Part shown: positions 27,090 through 39,852 of the stretch, one piece after another | How positions within the stretch are numbered: the first letter of the stretch is position 1 | How the letters are laid out: each line of letters begins with the position of its first letter | Assembly (NCBI RefSeq): GCF_000143415.4 | Contig: NW_003314439.1 | Span: 3,337-67,336, forward strand | Direction: 5' to 3' | Origin: Selaginella moellendorffii | Taxonomy: Eukaryota > Plantae > Lycopodiophyta | Length of the DNA stretch: 64,000 nucleotides | The notes under the pieces: model-generated | Told to the model about the DNA's origin: nothing | Databases searched by the model: none | What the model saw: the letters and a program-made list of their open reading frames with translations, nothing else | Program-made: the position numbers and the translations under genes

Positions 27090-27484
27090 CGTAGTTGAAG
27101 TATTTTTGTAGTATTTTGTAGTATGCTTGTGGGATCAATGAAGTGTTGATCAAAATTTGCTGAGATGCTCCACGAAGTTATCAAAGTCATCACACATTCT
27201 TGAAAACGTCTGATCTTCACTCCACATTTTGCAAAGAGGGTCAAGTTTCTGCCATCGAAAGCCTGCCTGAAATGGAAGATATGCGAGGATGCTCTGGCTT
27301 TCGAGTATCATTCCAGGACAGCTCGAAGCTTGTATTGTGTGAGTCTTGCATAAACTTTTGGATCTTTGACAATGCAAAAACTTATCACAGAAAAGAGTGT
27401 ATGCCAAGCACGAAATCCTGAAGCTAAAAACAAAAGAAAAACCATGAGGAAATACGACACGGGGTCACATAGAAATATTTTGGT

Positions 27485-28430
27485 CTAGGGGTTTGGATTC
27501 GCTATTGTAGGCGCTGGGGGATCTTGAGGCGGAGTCCTTTGATCTGCAAGAATTGTTGTCAAGTCCGAGGAGGAGTTTGAAAGCTGTTCAAGTGCCGAAA
27601 CGGCTGAGGAAAAGTTGACAAGGCGAACCTCGGTATTTCTTGCAGCTGAACCAGCTCCTTGTGCGTTCATCCCCGTTAAGAATATCACTCTCTCTGAAAG
27701 GCCTCCCAGCAGCGACAAGCCTACTTGCGTCGTATCGCAATAGTAATAACCATGTGTCGCTGCGAGTGTCCGCTGTGCTCCAAAACCACGTACTTGTTAA
27801 GCCGCCTCCATGCCTTTGAAAATAACCGCAACTAGATCCCCAGGAGGCACCAGCGGCGTCTCCAGAACGAACAGGAGGCTCTGTAGTGACACGTCGTACA
27901 AGTTGTGCATGTCCCTCTGGAGCTGGTGAATGCATAGTTGACCTTGGTGCTGGCGGACAATAGTGGCGGCATTTTGAAGTCTCTCGTCTTTGCCATCCAC
28001 CAATATACTCGGAAAATCTCCCATGCTTTGTGCCAGATCGCAGTTACTTGCAAGAGGATCCTCAGAACAGCCTTATCTCTTTCTTCCTCCAATTCATGAA
28101 AACGGGATTCAGACGGCACTATCGCTGCCTCATGGTGACTTTGATAGTGGAATTCGATGACAAAACGGATAAACTCGGACTCCCATAAACCCACGTTCCA
28201 CTTGGCTTATCAGTTGCAGATAGTCTTTCTGCAAATCGAAATACTGATCCACAGCCCTTTGATCCAGTGGAGATTTTTCATCGACTGCAACCGTTGCTGT
28301 CCATTCGAATCCACTGCTTTCCGGTCACCCATCCTCTTAAATTCTGGAGAAATGAAGAACAAGTTTGAGTCATAAGCACGCTTTTTATGTAGCATTGTTG
28401 ACATATTGCCAAATGTAATTAATTGCACTT
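27485..28430 (-). pseudogene. Unidentified decayed coding remnant
   Basis: Several overlapping coding-like ORF pieces broken by stops and frameshifts; family not recognised. Confidence 0.3.
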
Positions 28431-29559
28431 TCGGTAAATGTCAATGCTGGCATCAGGTTACAATCACAATAAGAAACAGAATGTTGGTTAGAGATAAGAA
28501 AATAGCATCACAAGAGTGAATGAAACAACATTCGTCCACTTAGCCAGAAAGTCCCAGCATTACGTAAAGCACTGCATGCGCTTTGTTTACACTTTTATAG
28601 CCAACCTGCAGCAAATGCTTAGCAATGCTAATCTCTTCTCTTTGTTCTTCATGGTTGAAAGATCCAGATCCACCTAAATGAGAAGTGATACGCTGATGAG
28701 ATTGACAAAGGTAGCACGTGAAAATGCCAGCTTTCATAAGAGGCATGAAAAGAATGCAAAGATTTCTTGGGTTTGACAGAACCCCATGAACTTTGAGGAG
28801 CTTAATCATTTTAGTGGAGTGGTTTCTTAATTTGGATATATTCATTTTAAAATTTCACACGTTAGAACTACCTCAAATTCCTATTACTAGCCTGGACCAC
28901 TATTTACCAGTGTTCCATTTACTATTGGACCAGAGTTACCTAAACCTACCAAAATTCTTTTGGCATTATCCATTTTGAATACACAGATTTCCCCCTCTTT
29001 AGTTTTCCTCAACTTTTAACATTAGATAGCACTTTTTATTTATTATTCTCTAAGAGATTAATATCTTGGGCTTTATTTAATACCTTTATGATATTACATA
29101 TTACTTCTTTGGTGTTTAAGGTGTTTAAGTGTTTTAATAATGTGTTTTCTTGAACAATAAGCATTTTTTATGAGACATTCACTATATTGCAACATAAACA
29201 ATTTATCTCTCAAAATATATATTTAACCTTCTTTTTATCTCAAAAATAAATCTCAAAAAGTTAATTTCCAACAATCCAATCAATTATACCAAAATTTTAT
29301 TTAATTACCTCATAATTATCAAATCCTACCACTTATTACTGATACTTCTACGCCTCCATAGATATTTAGTCAAAACAATCAAATCTTAGATTTTTTAGTT
29401 TACGTTATGGGCTTTATGGGTTTTAGGAGTTCTTGTAAATAATTCAACTTCATCTTTCCTTGAGATATTTGCTACAATTGCTTCAAACTCTCTTCCAAAA
29501 TCAAGATTCCCTCAAGAACAAACTTGTCTGCAAACAGAGTTCTTAGCTTCCATGCGATA

Positions 29560-30620
29560 GCCATCGCTGCCCAAAAGTTTGCTGACACGGACTCATCTTT
29601 TATCGAGTTTGTGGTCCGGGTGTGAGCATGAAGGAGAACGGACCATTCACAACTTTCGATCGAGCTTCCCATTTTCAAGTCCATCACTCTCTCCAGTCTC
29701 ACTGGACACGCAGGGTGCCGGCTCGGGTACACATGCTTGATATCTTGACACATTTGCGTGCTGCCTCTACATTTATGGGGAAATTTCAAACACGATCAGT
29801 GAGCAATTAGACATATCATGGGGAATTCATTCAGCACTGTTTTACTGGATGAGAACGTGGAGAAGTTCTCCGTCCCGAACTAGAGGGTGCATGGAAGCTC
29901 CATCCTAAACTTGCTGCAACGGCCGGAAGTACGTACAAGAGCGAGATGTTTACTACTGGCAAGCTATCTCCGCCGGTGGCACCAATACGATGAATCTCTG
30001 ATATCCTTGACGGACTTGGTGGCTATGCTGCTGCAGGGCTCACTGGTGCAGCGGCAACAATGGACAACCACCATCGTCACTGCACATACACATTTGCTGG
30101 AGTTTGCTCCATCCTTCAGTATCAGTGCTCGCATTCTCCCAGAATGAGCTGCAGCAGCTGAGGAGCTTTTAAAGAGTCTCAAACTTGGACATTCATGTCA
30201 CAGGCCAGAATGACAGCTCGTTTCCGTTACCTGGGACAAAGTCACATTCTCGGCTGCGTCGGACTCTCCTTTGGGACTTACAATGGAGTTGCTGCTCAAG
30301 TTCATTCCTATGGCGGCAGAACCAAATCAGCTAAAGACGTAGAGCTTCCTATCGCAGAACCAAATCAGCTAAAGACGTAGACTCGTTGGTTCCTGGCACG
30401 ACATCCTTGCCATACACGAACGCGGCGCTCATCTATGCGTCGCCAGAGGATATCACGTCTACTCCTGCTAAAGCCTGGAGAGCCATGGAAGACAAACAAA
30501 GGCAAGGAACCAAGTCTTTTTTGAAGAGATTTTGAGACGTTTTCTGACTGGTACACGAACTACGAGTATGGAAGCTGGACAACGTCTTACTGGAGTTTAG
30601 GGGCCAAGGGAATGTCGTGA
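29560..30620 (+). pseudogene. Unidentified decayed coding remnant containing a 26-bp direct repeat
   Basis: GC-balanced island next to AT-rich DNA; agaaccaaatcagctaaagacgtaga occurs twice (about 30318 and 30356). Confidence 0.3.
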
Positions 30621-30996
30621 AAGAGGTAGAATCCTTTTCAAAAATATTAAACTGAGAGCGCTTTTATCACTGCAAGCACTGCAGGGTGAAGAAGAGGATT
30701 TTTGGCTGCCAGAGACTCACTATTGGAGGTAAGATCAATAGCTCTTTGCTTCAGGTCTTTGCTCGCCTTTCAGTTCTGTGTGATAGCCCAGCTATCACAA
30801 AAGAAAAAAATTCTTCCTTCGAGCTTCCCGCGGAGCATCCGAACCCTGCGGAAGAACCCTAAAAACATAGTTAAGGGAAGAAGCCTAAAGGTAAAGCAAG
30901 AGCCCTAAAAGTAGAGGTAAAGGTAAAGCCTAAAGGTAAAGGCCAAAAGGAGAATAAAATAGATGCGCATTATAGGGTTCTTCTTTGGCTTAAGCT

Positions 30997-33177
30997 ATGG
31001 CGCTTCCCAGTGAGAAGATCGATCGCTTGACAGTGCTCCATGGCGCGATCGTCGTCACCATGGATGGCGATCGAAATGTATACGCTTGCGGCGGCTTGGC
31101 GATGCGCGGTGACAGGATTATTGCTGTTGGGGAGGATCAGGCGATTCTGGCCGATTTTGCGAGCGGTGCGGACGACATTGTCGATCTCTCTGGTCGTTTG
31201 ATCATACCTGGTGAGCTCCATTTTTCTCTCGGTTTCTCAAAATTTTCGCGGCGCGATGGGATCGGCCAGGGCTCATCAACACTCACGTACACACATCGCA
31301 GCAGCTCGGCCGGGGAATTGCCGATGATGTCGATCTTCTCACCTGGCTCCACAAGCGCATCTGGCCATACGAATCGAGCATGACGGACAGCGATTCTTTT
31401 CTCTCCACTTTGCTCTGTGGGATAGAACTCATTCGATCTGGCGTAAGTGAAATCTTCTTTCTTTGGTTTTGCTTTGCCCCTTGTTTCTTCCTCCCATGTT
31501 TCTGCCTTAATTCACGGGCTTGTTCTTCGTGTTCTTTGATGCGATCAATCACTTTCCAGGCATTCTTTCGTTTTCTTTGTGATCTTTCACATTGTTCTCT
31601 GTGCTGGATTGTTTGGTTTGGATTGTTTATATGCTTCTTTGCTGTTTATCAAACTTCTCCGATCTCTTACAGGCTTCGCATTCTTCTTTTAGCTTTGATC
31701 TCTTACAAGAGAACTTTGCATGTTGCTTTGTCAGGTAACTTGCTTCGCTGAAGCTGGCGGACAGCATGTACCGGCCATGGCTCGAGCAGTAGAGCTTCTG
31801 GGAATTCGTGCGTGCTTGACACGCTCAACGATGGACTCTGGGGAAGGCTTGCCGAGCTCGTGGGCAACCGAGACAACTGACTCCTGTCTCACGGTTTGCA
31901 AACCCGAGCTTTCAAGCTTATTTCGTTGGAATGATTTTCTTCTGGACTTACACAGGCCCAGGAAGAGCTATACAAGAGTTTAAATGGTAGTGCTGGGGGG
32001 CGTATACGCGTGTGGTTTGGTTTACGACAGATTATGAACGCTACCGATGCATTGCTGCTGCGTACTAAAGAAGCTGCCGACAAGTATAACACTGGAATAC
32101 ACATGGTATGGAAAACTGTCATTTTGTTCCTTTTGGTGATTCAAGTATGGCCGTGCACAGCATGTTTCAGAGATTCCTTACGAAAACGAGTACGTTATCA
32201 AAACAAGGGGCGTAGAGAACGGCACGGTCACCCATTTAGACAGGATTGGCGTTCTTGGTGAAAATCTCTTGGCTGCACATTCGGTATGGATCAACGAGGG
32301 CGAGGTATGTGTGCAAGTTTGAAATTTTCGAGTGCTGGAAACAAAACTGTGTGCTCTTCTACAGGTCAAAATGATGGCAAAATCCGGAGTTAAAGTGTCA
32401 CATTGTCCTGCTTCCGCTATGCGCATGCTGGGATTTTGTCCCGTTCAAGAAATGCTAGAGCAAGGTGTTTGTGTCTCCATTGGAACAGATGGTGCTCCCT
32501 CAAACAACAGAATGAGCATGGGTTTGTATCGGTTGTTGTGCTACTTGACTTGATTGGCACTGATGTCATTGGCGATTTTTGCAGTGGACGAGATGTACTT
32601 AGCGTCCCTGATAAACAAGGGAAAGCTGGCTCACACCAGAGGAACAACTGATCCCACTGCATTGCCAGCGGAGACGGTTTTAGAAATGGCTACCATCAAC
32701 GGAGCCAAATCCGTTCTGTGGGACAATGAAATCGGCTCTATAGAAGTCCACAAAAAGGTTGCACTTAAAACTTTTTTATTTTTTTTTCTTGTGAATTAGC
32801 TCTGACGATGTTCACAGGCTGATTTTGTAGTGATCAATCCACAGACGTGGTCGATGGTACCTCTCCACGATCCGTAAGAAACTCGTCAGATTTCCTCAAG
32901 CTCAAAGGCTCTTTTCATCTCTCTCGTTTTTCAGGATTTCGAGCCTCGTTTACTCGATGAGGAGCGAGAACATTGAGTCTGTGATCTGTGACGGTGTCTG
33001 GATAATGCGTGACCGAAAGATACTAACAATCGAAGAGGTATTTCATTTGTATTAACTTACAGAAATCCTACACACATTTTCCAGGCCACAATTCTCAAGA
33101 CTGCGGCTCAGGCTGCCCAGGAGCTGATCCATAGAGCTGGAATCCAACTCCCGGAAAGAATGAAAGTCACGAAATAA
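30997..33177 (+). CDS. Atz/Trz-family metal-dependent amidohydrolase (MTA/SAH or 5'-deoxyadenosine deaminase-like)
   Basis: IIPG|LINTHVHTSQQLGRG (HxH), GIHM|HVSE, AAHSVW, HCPASAM, GTDGAPSNN, EMATINGA. Confidence 0.92.
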
Positions 33178-33236
33178 ATCTCAAAAAGAAAAGTAAGCAT
33201 TTTTGTTCTCCAAAACTTACAAGATAGTTGTTTAGA

Positions 33237-33521
33237 TCAAGTGCATGCAAAGCCCGGTGGAACGACCAGGCTGCAAGCAGCGATATACGTCTTCACTCTC
33301 TGGGCCATGACTGTCCCTTCCAGCAAGCTACAAAAGCAATCCAGGCTGAGGCTTCTCACGGCGACGCAGCACTGACTGGTTGGAGAATCGAGAGCTTTGC
33401 CGTCATCGATGCAAGGGAGAGATTTCTCGGGAAGATCGGGATCAGTGCAAGCCCCTCCCGCCACGACCAGCAGCGCCAAGAGAAGAAACGACACCTTGAC
33501 GAAGAAGATCAGGCCAGCCAT
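33237..33521 (-). CDS. Non-specific lipid transfer/prolamin 8-Cys-motif protein
   Basis: Signal peptide followed by a C..C..CC..CxC..C..C pattern. Confidence 0.85.
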   Translation of the reverse strand: MAGLIFFVKVSFLLLALLVVAGGACTDPDLPEKSLPCIDDGKALDSPTSQCCVAVRSLSLDCFCSLLEGTVMAQRVKTYIAACSLVVPPGFACT

Positions 33522-33769
33522 TTTCTTACACACCACCTTTCTTTCACTGACCTTGGTTTTGGCTTTGTCCTTCCAAGATTTATATCGAAACGTTCACAAG
33601 AAACATGGAGGGCTCTTAGGTGAGTTGTAGATAAGCCTTGGCTTTGTCTTTTTACTGTATTTGTAGGATCAGTCTTTCCTGGAAGATTTCTCATTCGAAG
33701 TCAATTGGAAAAATGATCATCTTGTGTTTCTCCAGCCCATTTTTTCGATATCTTGACAGTGTGAACAGC

Positions 33770-34460
33770 TGCTTGATCCATGCATCCGGTCAGCATCTTT
33801 TCATCCTTGAAAGTGATCAGAATTGCTGTGGGGCTGCTCAAAACTGCTATTGACTTCGTTGCTCAAGAGATCGAGATCAAAAGCTTCCTTGTTCTTCTTT
33901 TTCTTCTTTGGAAATCCAAGTCATTTTCTTAAAAAAGTTACAAATTTTATATGGATAACTTTTCACTATATAATAGTTTTTCATTGGGAAATGAATAAAT
34001 CAGAGGAATGTCAACTTATCCTTCGTTATCCCGCATGATCTCCTGCTAGATTCCTGATGAAGTCATGGATAAGAACTCTGGAGCCTGGAACAAAACGTCA
34101 ATCGGATTCTCCCCGCCAATCGAGATATTTGCTCAGCAAACCAGGGATGATCTCTCCAACTTTGTCGACCACCGAGAAAGACATCTTTTGATGTTTCTCT
34201 AAGTCCCACCAGGTCAAGCACACCATCACATCAGTCAACGATGGTAAAAATTTGTGTGACCGAGTCAACGCTATTTTGTAGAGTTGAACATGTTTAACTT
34301 TCCCATGCATTTTCGTGGCTTCCAACAGGTGAAAGCTGTAGCCAAGAATTCTGTTGAGCAGCACATTGCTGGTGGAGCTTATGTTTAAGAGAACGTTGCC
34401 CAAACTCAGGACTTTGTGTGATGTTACTCTTCTTCAGAGGAAGTGAAAATGGTGTGAATT
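33770..34460 (+). pseudogene. Decayed upstream duplicate of the SABATH methyltransferase gene
   Basis: Blocks match 34815-34960, 35185-35235 and 35680-35760 (catccttgaaagtgatcagaattgc; agcctggaacaaa; atgtttaagagaa). Confidence 0.8.
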
Positions 34461-34702
34461 CTAGTGTGATAGAGATGGCTGGAATTTGGATGGATATCTT
34501 GAAAACCAAAACTCCAAAAGATACCAATTGAGTTTTTCTGAAACGCGGAATTTGTGACTTCTGTGGCCCACTAAGAAGTCGATGTTTCCTAAATGATTTG
34601 GATCACTCTTCCTTTGCCAAGCATACAAGTGTGTTCGTTTCATTTATAAAGAATCTTTCTATGTAGTGTTGTAATTCAAGTTGTGCATCAAGATTAAAGA
34701 GG

Positions 34703-35830
34703 ATGCAAGGCGGCTTAGGAGAGGATAGTTACCATCAGAATTCAGCCCTTCAGGCTCAGAGCTTCAAGACTGTCCAGCCCACAATCAAGGAAATCATGGC
34801 AAACAATACACTCTTGCTTGATCCATCCTTGAAAGTGATCAGAATTGCGGACTTGGGCTGCTCAAACACAATCCACGCCATAGACTTTGTCACCCGAGAG
34901 ATCATCCAGCTGAGAGATCAAAAGCTTCCCTTTTCTTCTTCTTCGTCTTTGGAAATCCAAGCCATTTTCTCGGATACCACTGCCAATGACTTCAACACGC
35001 TCTTTTCTAAAGTTCCACATCTCCAAGGCGAGCCATACTTCTTCAGTGGAGTTCCCGGATCATTCTATCACAGACTCTTTCCTCGCTCTTCCATCCACTT
35101 TGCAATGACAAGCCATGCATTGCACTACATCTCCAAGGTAACACCTCGTTCTTTCAAAGCTCAAGCTAATCATGCTCGTCTCTTGTTAGATTCCCGATGA
35201 AATCATTGATAGAAACTCCACAGCCTGGAACAAAGATACCATGGTTGTCGATCGGTTCTCTCCACCAGCAGCACTCGAGGCCTTTGCTCGACAAGCTAGC
35301 GATGATTTCTCAAACTTTCTCCAGCACCGAGCTCAAGAAGTTGTGAGTGGAGGCATCCTTGTTACCATGTTTCCCATTCGACTCACTCAAGAGTTGATCA
35401 CAGTTGATCTTACTCTTGCCCTTGAAGCATCATGGAAGGATCTCATACAAGAGGTGAGTTGACTTTCGCGGTCAATATTTGACCGTCAAATTTTGTTTAG
35501 GAGCTCTTGAGCCAGGAAAGTTTGGACACCTTCAATCTCCCAACATATGTTCGCAGCATAGAAGAAATCCAGGAAGCACTAGAACCAGTAAAAGAGTATT
35601 TCAAAGTGATTTACTCAGCAAATTTCACATATCCTCAGCCAGATCCCAAATCCTGGAATGCTACTGCAGTAGTGAAGAAGTGGAAAGCAGTGTTAGGGCG
35701 TGCAATTGGGCAGCACATTGGCAATGAAGAATTGGTTGAGCTCATGTTTAAGAGAATGGTGGCAAAGATCACGACCTTGACCATTCCCCTTGATGTTATA
35801 TTGCTTGTTCTCCAAAGGACTGAATTATAA
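34703..35830 (+). CDS. SABATH-family SAM-dependent carboxyl methyltransferase (exons 34703-35137, 35190-35453, 35501-35830)
   Basis: MQGGLGEDSYHQNSALQ, RIADLGCS, NDFNTLF, GVPGSFYHRLFP, FLQHRAQE, DTFNLP. Confidence 0.93.
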
Positions 35831-36324
35831 AGAAACAAATGAAACTATCCATCTTGAAACTTACCAATAGTCTTTGATTTGTGGAGAATTATACTCCACT
35901 TTTAGATAAATGTTGGCTGTTCACTCATATAAAATATTCCTCTTAAGTTAGACTAAAGTACTATATAAATTGAAAACCTTTACACCAAAGTCTTGTCGCA
36001 TTTAGTTAGTAATTTTTCTTCTTCTTGCAATTTAGTGGAATTTTTGGTAGATATAAAACATATGAAAATAAAAAAAACTACCATCAAATTCTGCAAAATG
36101 TTTATGAATTGTAAGGTACAAACAATTGTGTTCTATTTTGTAACTTTTATACACAGTAAATTTAAAAAGTGATATTATTTTTATTTAAATATATCGCACT
36201 ATCTAGAAAATCTTGACAAAACAAGTTAATCCATAATTAGAGTGTGCACTTCAACTACTTTTATGTTCAACAGGTTATTTTCACCCTTAAGTATATTGTA
36301 TGATATATGAAATATATTTATAGT

Positions 36325-36500
36325 TGTGAGGGCCAAGTGTACGGCTACGATGCCATATACTAATATTAGCATAATGGGATTTTAGTAGCCATCGGATTGA
36401 TTTCAATTTGGACCACTCATTCCTATATATAAACTAGAGTTTTTGGGCTAATTGATATGCATATTTTTTGTATTCCCTTTCCATATTCCAAGCACTCACA
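36325..36500 (+). repeat. 5' LTR of the gypsy element
   Basis: tgtgagggcc...gcactcaca; direct repeat of 42470-42645. Confidence 0.95.
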
Positions 36501-39500
36501 TTGGTGGAGATAAGGGGCACCTTTGATTGTCCCTGAGGAATGCTTAAATTTGGGATTTTGGTTTAAATCTAGCTTTTTGCATTGTCTAGATCTATTATTT
36601 CTTTCTACTTTTTTTTTATCATTTCTCTTCTTTTGCTCTTTCTTTTTCATTCATCTTCATAGCAGATCAGCAATCTCCTCTTTTGACTCTAGAGTAGCAA
36701 TTGGTCCAATTGTTTAATGCTATGCGCTTGCAATTGAATAATCAAACTCAATTGATAGCGGCATTCACAACACGTGGTACAACTCCTCCTTCTCTTGGTG
36801 CCAATCCTCGCATTCAGCCGGAGTTCTTTCGCAGGAATCCTGGGGATGATGTGTACTATTGGTTCAATCACTTCACAGTGATTGCCATATATTATTCTTG
36901 GGATGATGCTCAACGTTTGCATGAGTTTCCCATGTGTCTCCAAGGGACAACATTGCAATGGTATAATGGTTTGAGCACAGCCACTCGTGGGGATTGGAGT
37001 GTTCTTCCAGATGTCTTCAAACGTGCCTTCGGCCATGTCGACGACTGTGATGATGCCTTCCAACAATTGCATCGTCTTCGCCAAAGGCCATCTGAGTCGG
37101 TGATGCAATTTGGCATTCGTTTCTAAAGTCTTTTGCTTCTTGCGAAGCCTGTCGGAGCGGATCAAGCTAGGAATGTTGTGGCCAGCACTTCGTCAAGATC
37201 TTGTTAGACTTATGCATGCACTTGCTCCTGCCACCCTTGACGATGCTCTTCGCTTGGCACAACGTTATGAGACGTCGCCTCTTCCACTTCTCGCTACATG
37301 TCCTTCAGCTCCACTTCCTATGAGTGATGGTCCTGTTCCAATGGAGGTTGATGCTGCTACTGCTCGAGTCCAAGGACAAGGGCGAAAACGTGGTCGTGGC
37401 TGTGATGTTCGCTAATGAAGTTGGTCATACTTATCGGCGTTGTCGTGTTTTCCAAATTGGTGACCTCCATTTCCTGGATGGAGACCTTGGCGTTAGCAAC
37501 ATCCCATTGGTGTTGTTGTAGTGGAAGGTTTGGACACCGAGATGCATTCGGGAAACGAAGAGTTGTGTGAATAATAGAGGGACCTTGCGCGAATAAGTCA
37601 GTGACCCCTCCATTTTTCTTTCAGGAGTATCATCAAGGGGTTCACTCGGCAATGGTTTATCCAGTGTTTACTTTCTAAGCTCGTTTTTATAACAAGTGGT
37701 CTCCTATTATTCTCTCCATGTTGGTTGATACAAGTTTGAGTTTATTTTCTATTGCTCAACCTGTTGCCACATGTTGTCGTCTACACTTGCATTGTGCAGC
37801 GGAACTAGTTTTCATTCCTTATGGCAACAGCTGTACACATGCATGTCCACGGGATGAGACAGACCTAGTTGTGCGTGTGGGCGATCTCGAGCTTGAGTTG
37901 CAGTCGTTGCGGGTGGTGCCAAGTCAAGCTTTTAACTTCATTTTTTGTATGGATTGGTTGTAGCACAATCATGCCAAGTGTGACTTTGAGGCTTCTCCCC
38001 CTTATCTCATACTTCCTTATATTTTATCCATTCCTCTCACTTCTGTACCTTTTTGTCCCTCTACTTGTACCTCTCCTTTCATTACTTTTGTTCCCCCACT
38101 ATTTCCTCCTATGTTTCTATCTTGTTCTACTCTTCCCTTTTCTGATCCCTCTGACAATCTTTGTGTTGTAGCAGTGGACCAGCTCATGAAAGAGTATTTT
38201 GAACTCTTTGAATTTGACCTATCGTCTGGGGCTAAGATTGCCACATGTCATCCAATTCCAACCGGAGATGCTCATCCAATCAAGGTTCCCATTCGTTGTC
38301 GGTCACCCAAGAAAATCAAGATTATGCAAATGTCAAAGAGATGTTGGAGAAGGGTGTTATTTAGAAGTCGCGGAGTCCTTGGGCATGTGAACCTCATTTT
38401 GTGACAAAGCCTGATGGGAGTATTCATTTCTGCATCAACTATCATCCGTTAAATGAAGTAACGATCCCAGATGTGTACCCTCTTCCTCACACTGCTGATC
38501 TCTTGGATCGTCTGGGGCGCAGTCGTTGGTTCACTAAACTAGATCTTGCTTCTGAGTACTGGCAAGTACCGATGGCTGAAAAAGATATTCCTAAGGCTGT
38601 TTTTTGTACACCATTTGGTTTGTACGAGTTCTTCGTGATGCCGTTTGGTTTGAACAATGCTCTAGCAACTTTCTAGCAGATGATGGACGGGGTTTTTTGT
38701 GATATGCTGGAGGTGACTGCTGACTTCATTGATGATGTTTTGATCCACTTGGAGGGGATGTGGGAGGAGAACATTCATGATGTTTGTAAAGTGTTGGATC
38801 GGCTATGTGACGTTGATTTAAAGCTGAAGTGGTCGAAGTGTGTGTTTGGGTCCAAAGATACAACTTATCTTGGGTACCGTATTTCTCGTGAGGGTTTGCA
38901 AATTGATCATGACAAACTTGTGGCTATTCTAAAGTTCCCTACTCCGAAGTGTGTGAATGATGTGCAACGCTTCTTGGGCAAGGTGCAGTATCTCGGTTGT
39001 TTTGTGGATCATCTTTCTGATCACATTGCACCATTGCAAGCATTGATTTAGTCATCAACATCATCTTTCATCTGGTCTCCAGATTGTGAGCAGGTGTTTG
39101 GGGATTTCAAAGAGCTATTGATGACTCCTCCAGTTTTGGCATATCCTGACTACACTCGACCTTTTATTTTGCATGTGGATGCTTCTGATATTGGTCTTGG
39201 AGGTGTGTTAATACAAGAGAGCTTGAGTGTACCTAGTCAGCGCCATCCTATTGTGTATATAAGCTGTACATTACAACCAGCGGAAATGAACTACTCCACA
39301 ACAGAGGAGTGTTTAGCAGTAGTTTAGGGTTTCGAGAAACTTCATGCATATCTACATGGTTCTTGAATGTTACTTGAAGGTGATCATGCTGCTATTACTT
39401 CATTATTGAAGTGGAAGAACCTGGTTGGTTGTACTACTCGATGGGCTTTGAAGCTTCAGATATATGATTTTGATGTTATTCATCGTTCAGGGAGTTTTAT

Positions 39501-39852
39501 GGCTGATGCTGATGCCCTTTCTCGAACTCCTCTTCCTTCTCCATTCTCTTCTCATGTTTCTGACAAGCCTGTTGTTCTAGCCTCTGTGGATTTTCTAGAC
39601 GAGGATTTTGTGAGAAGCTGCGCAGGTTTTTCTATTGGCTGGAGATGCGACGTGATATTATTTAGTATGTGCATAGCTGCGTTTGGTGCCAAGCTTGTAA
39701 TACTCCCCCTTGGGCTGCAGAAGGATGGTTGGAGTCAATTGCAATTTCCCGTCCATTTGAGTTGGTGGCCGTTTGATCTTATGGGACCTTTTCCACGGTC
39801 GACTGTTGGTAATGAGTATATTATTATTGCTTCTGACTACTTGACTCGTTGG

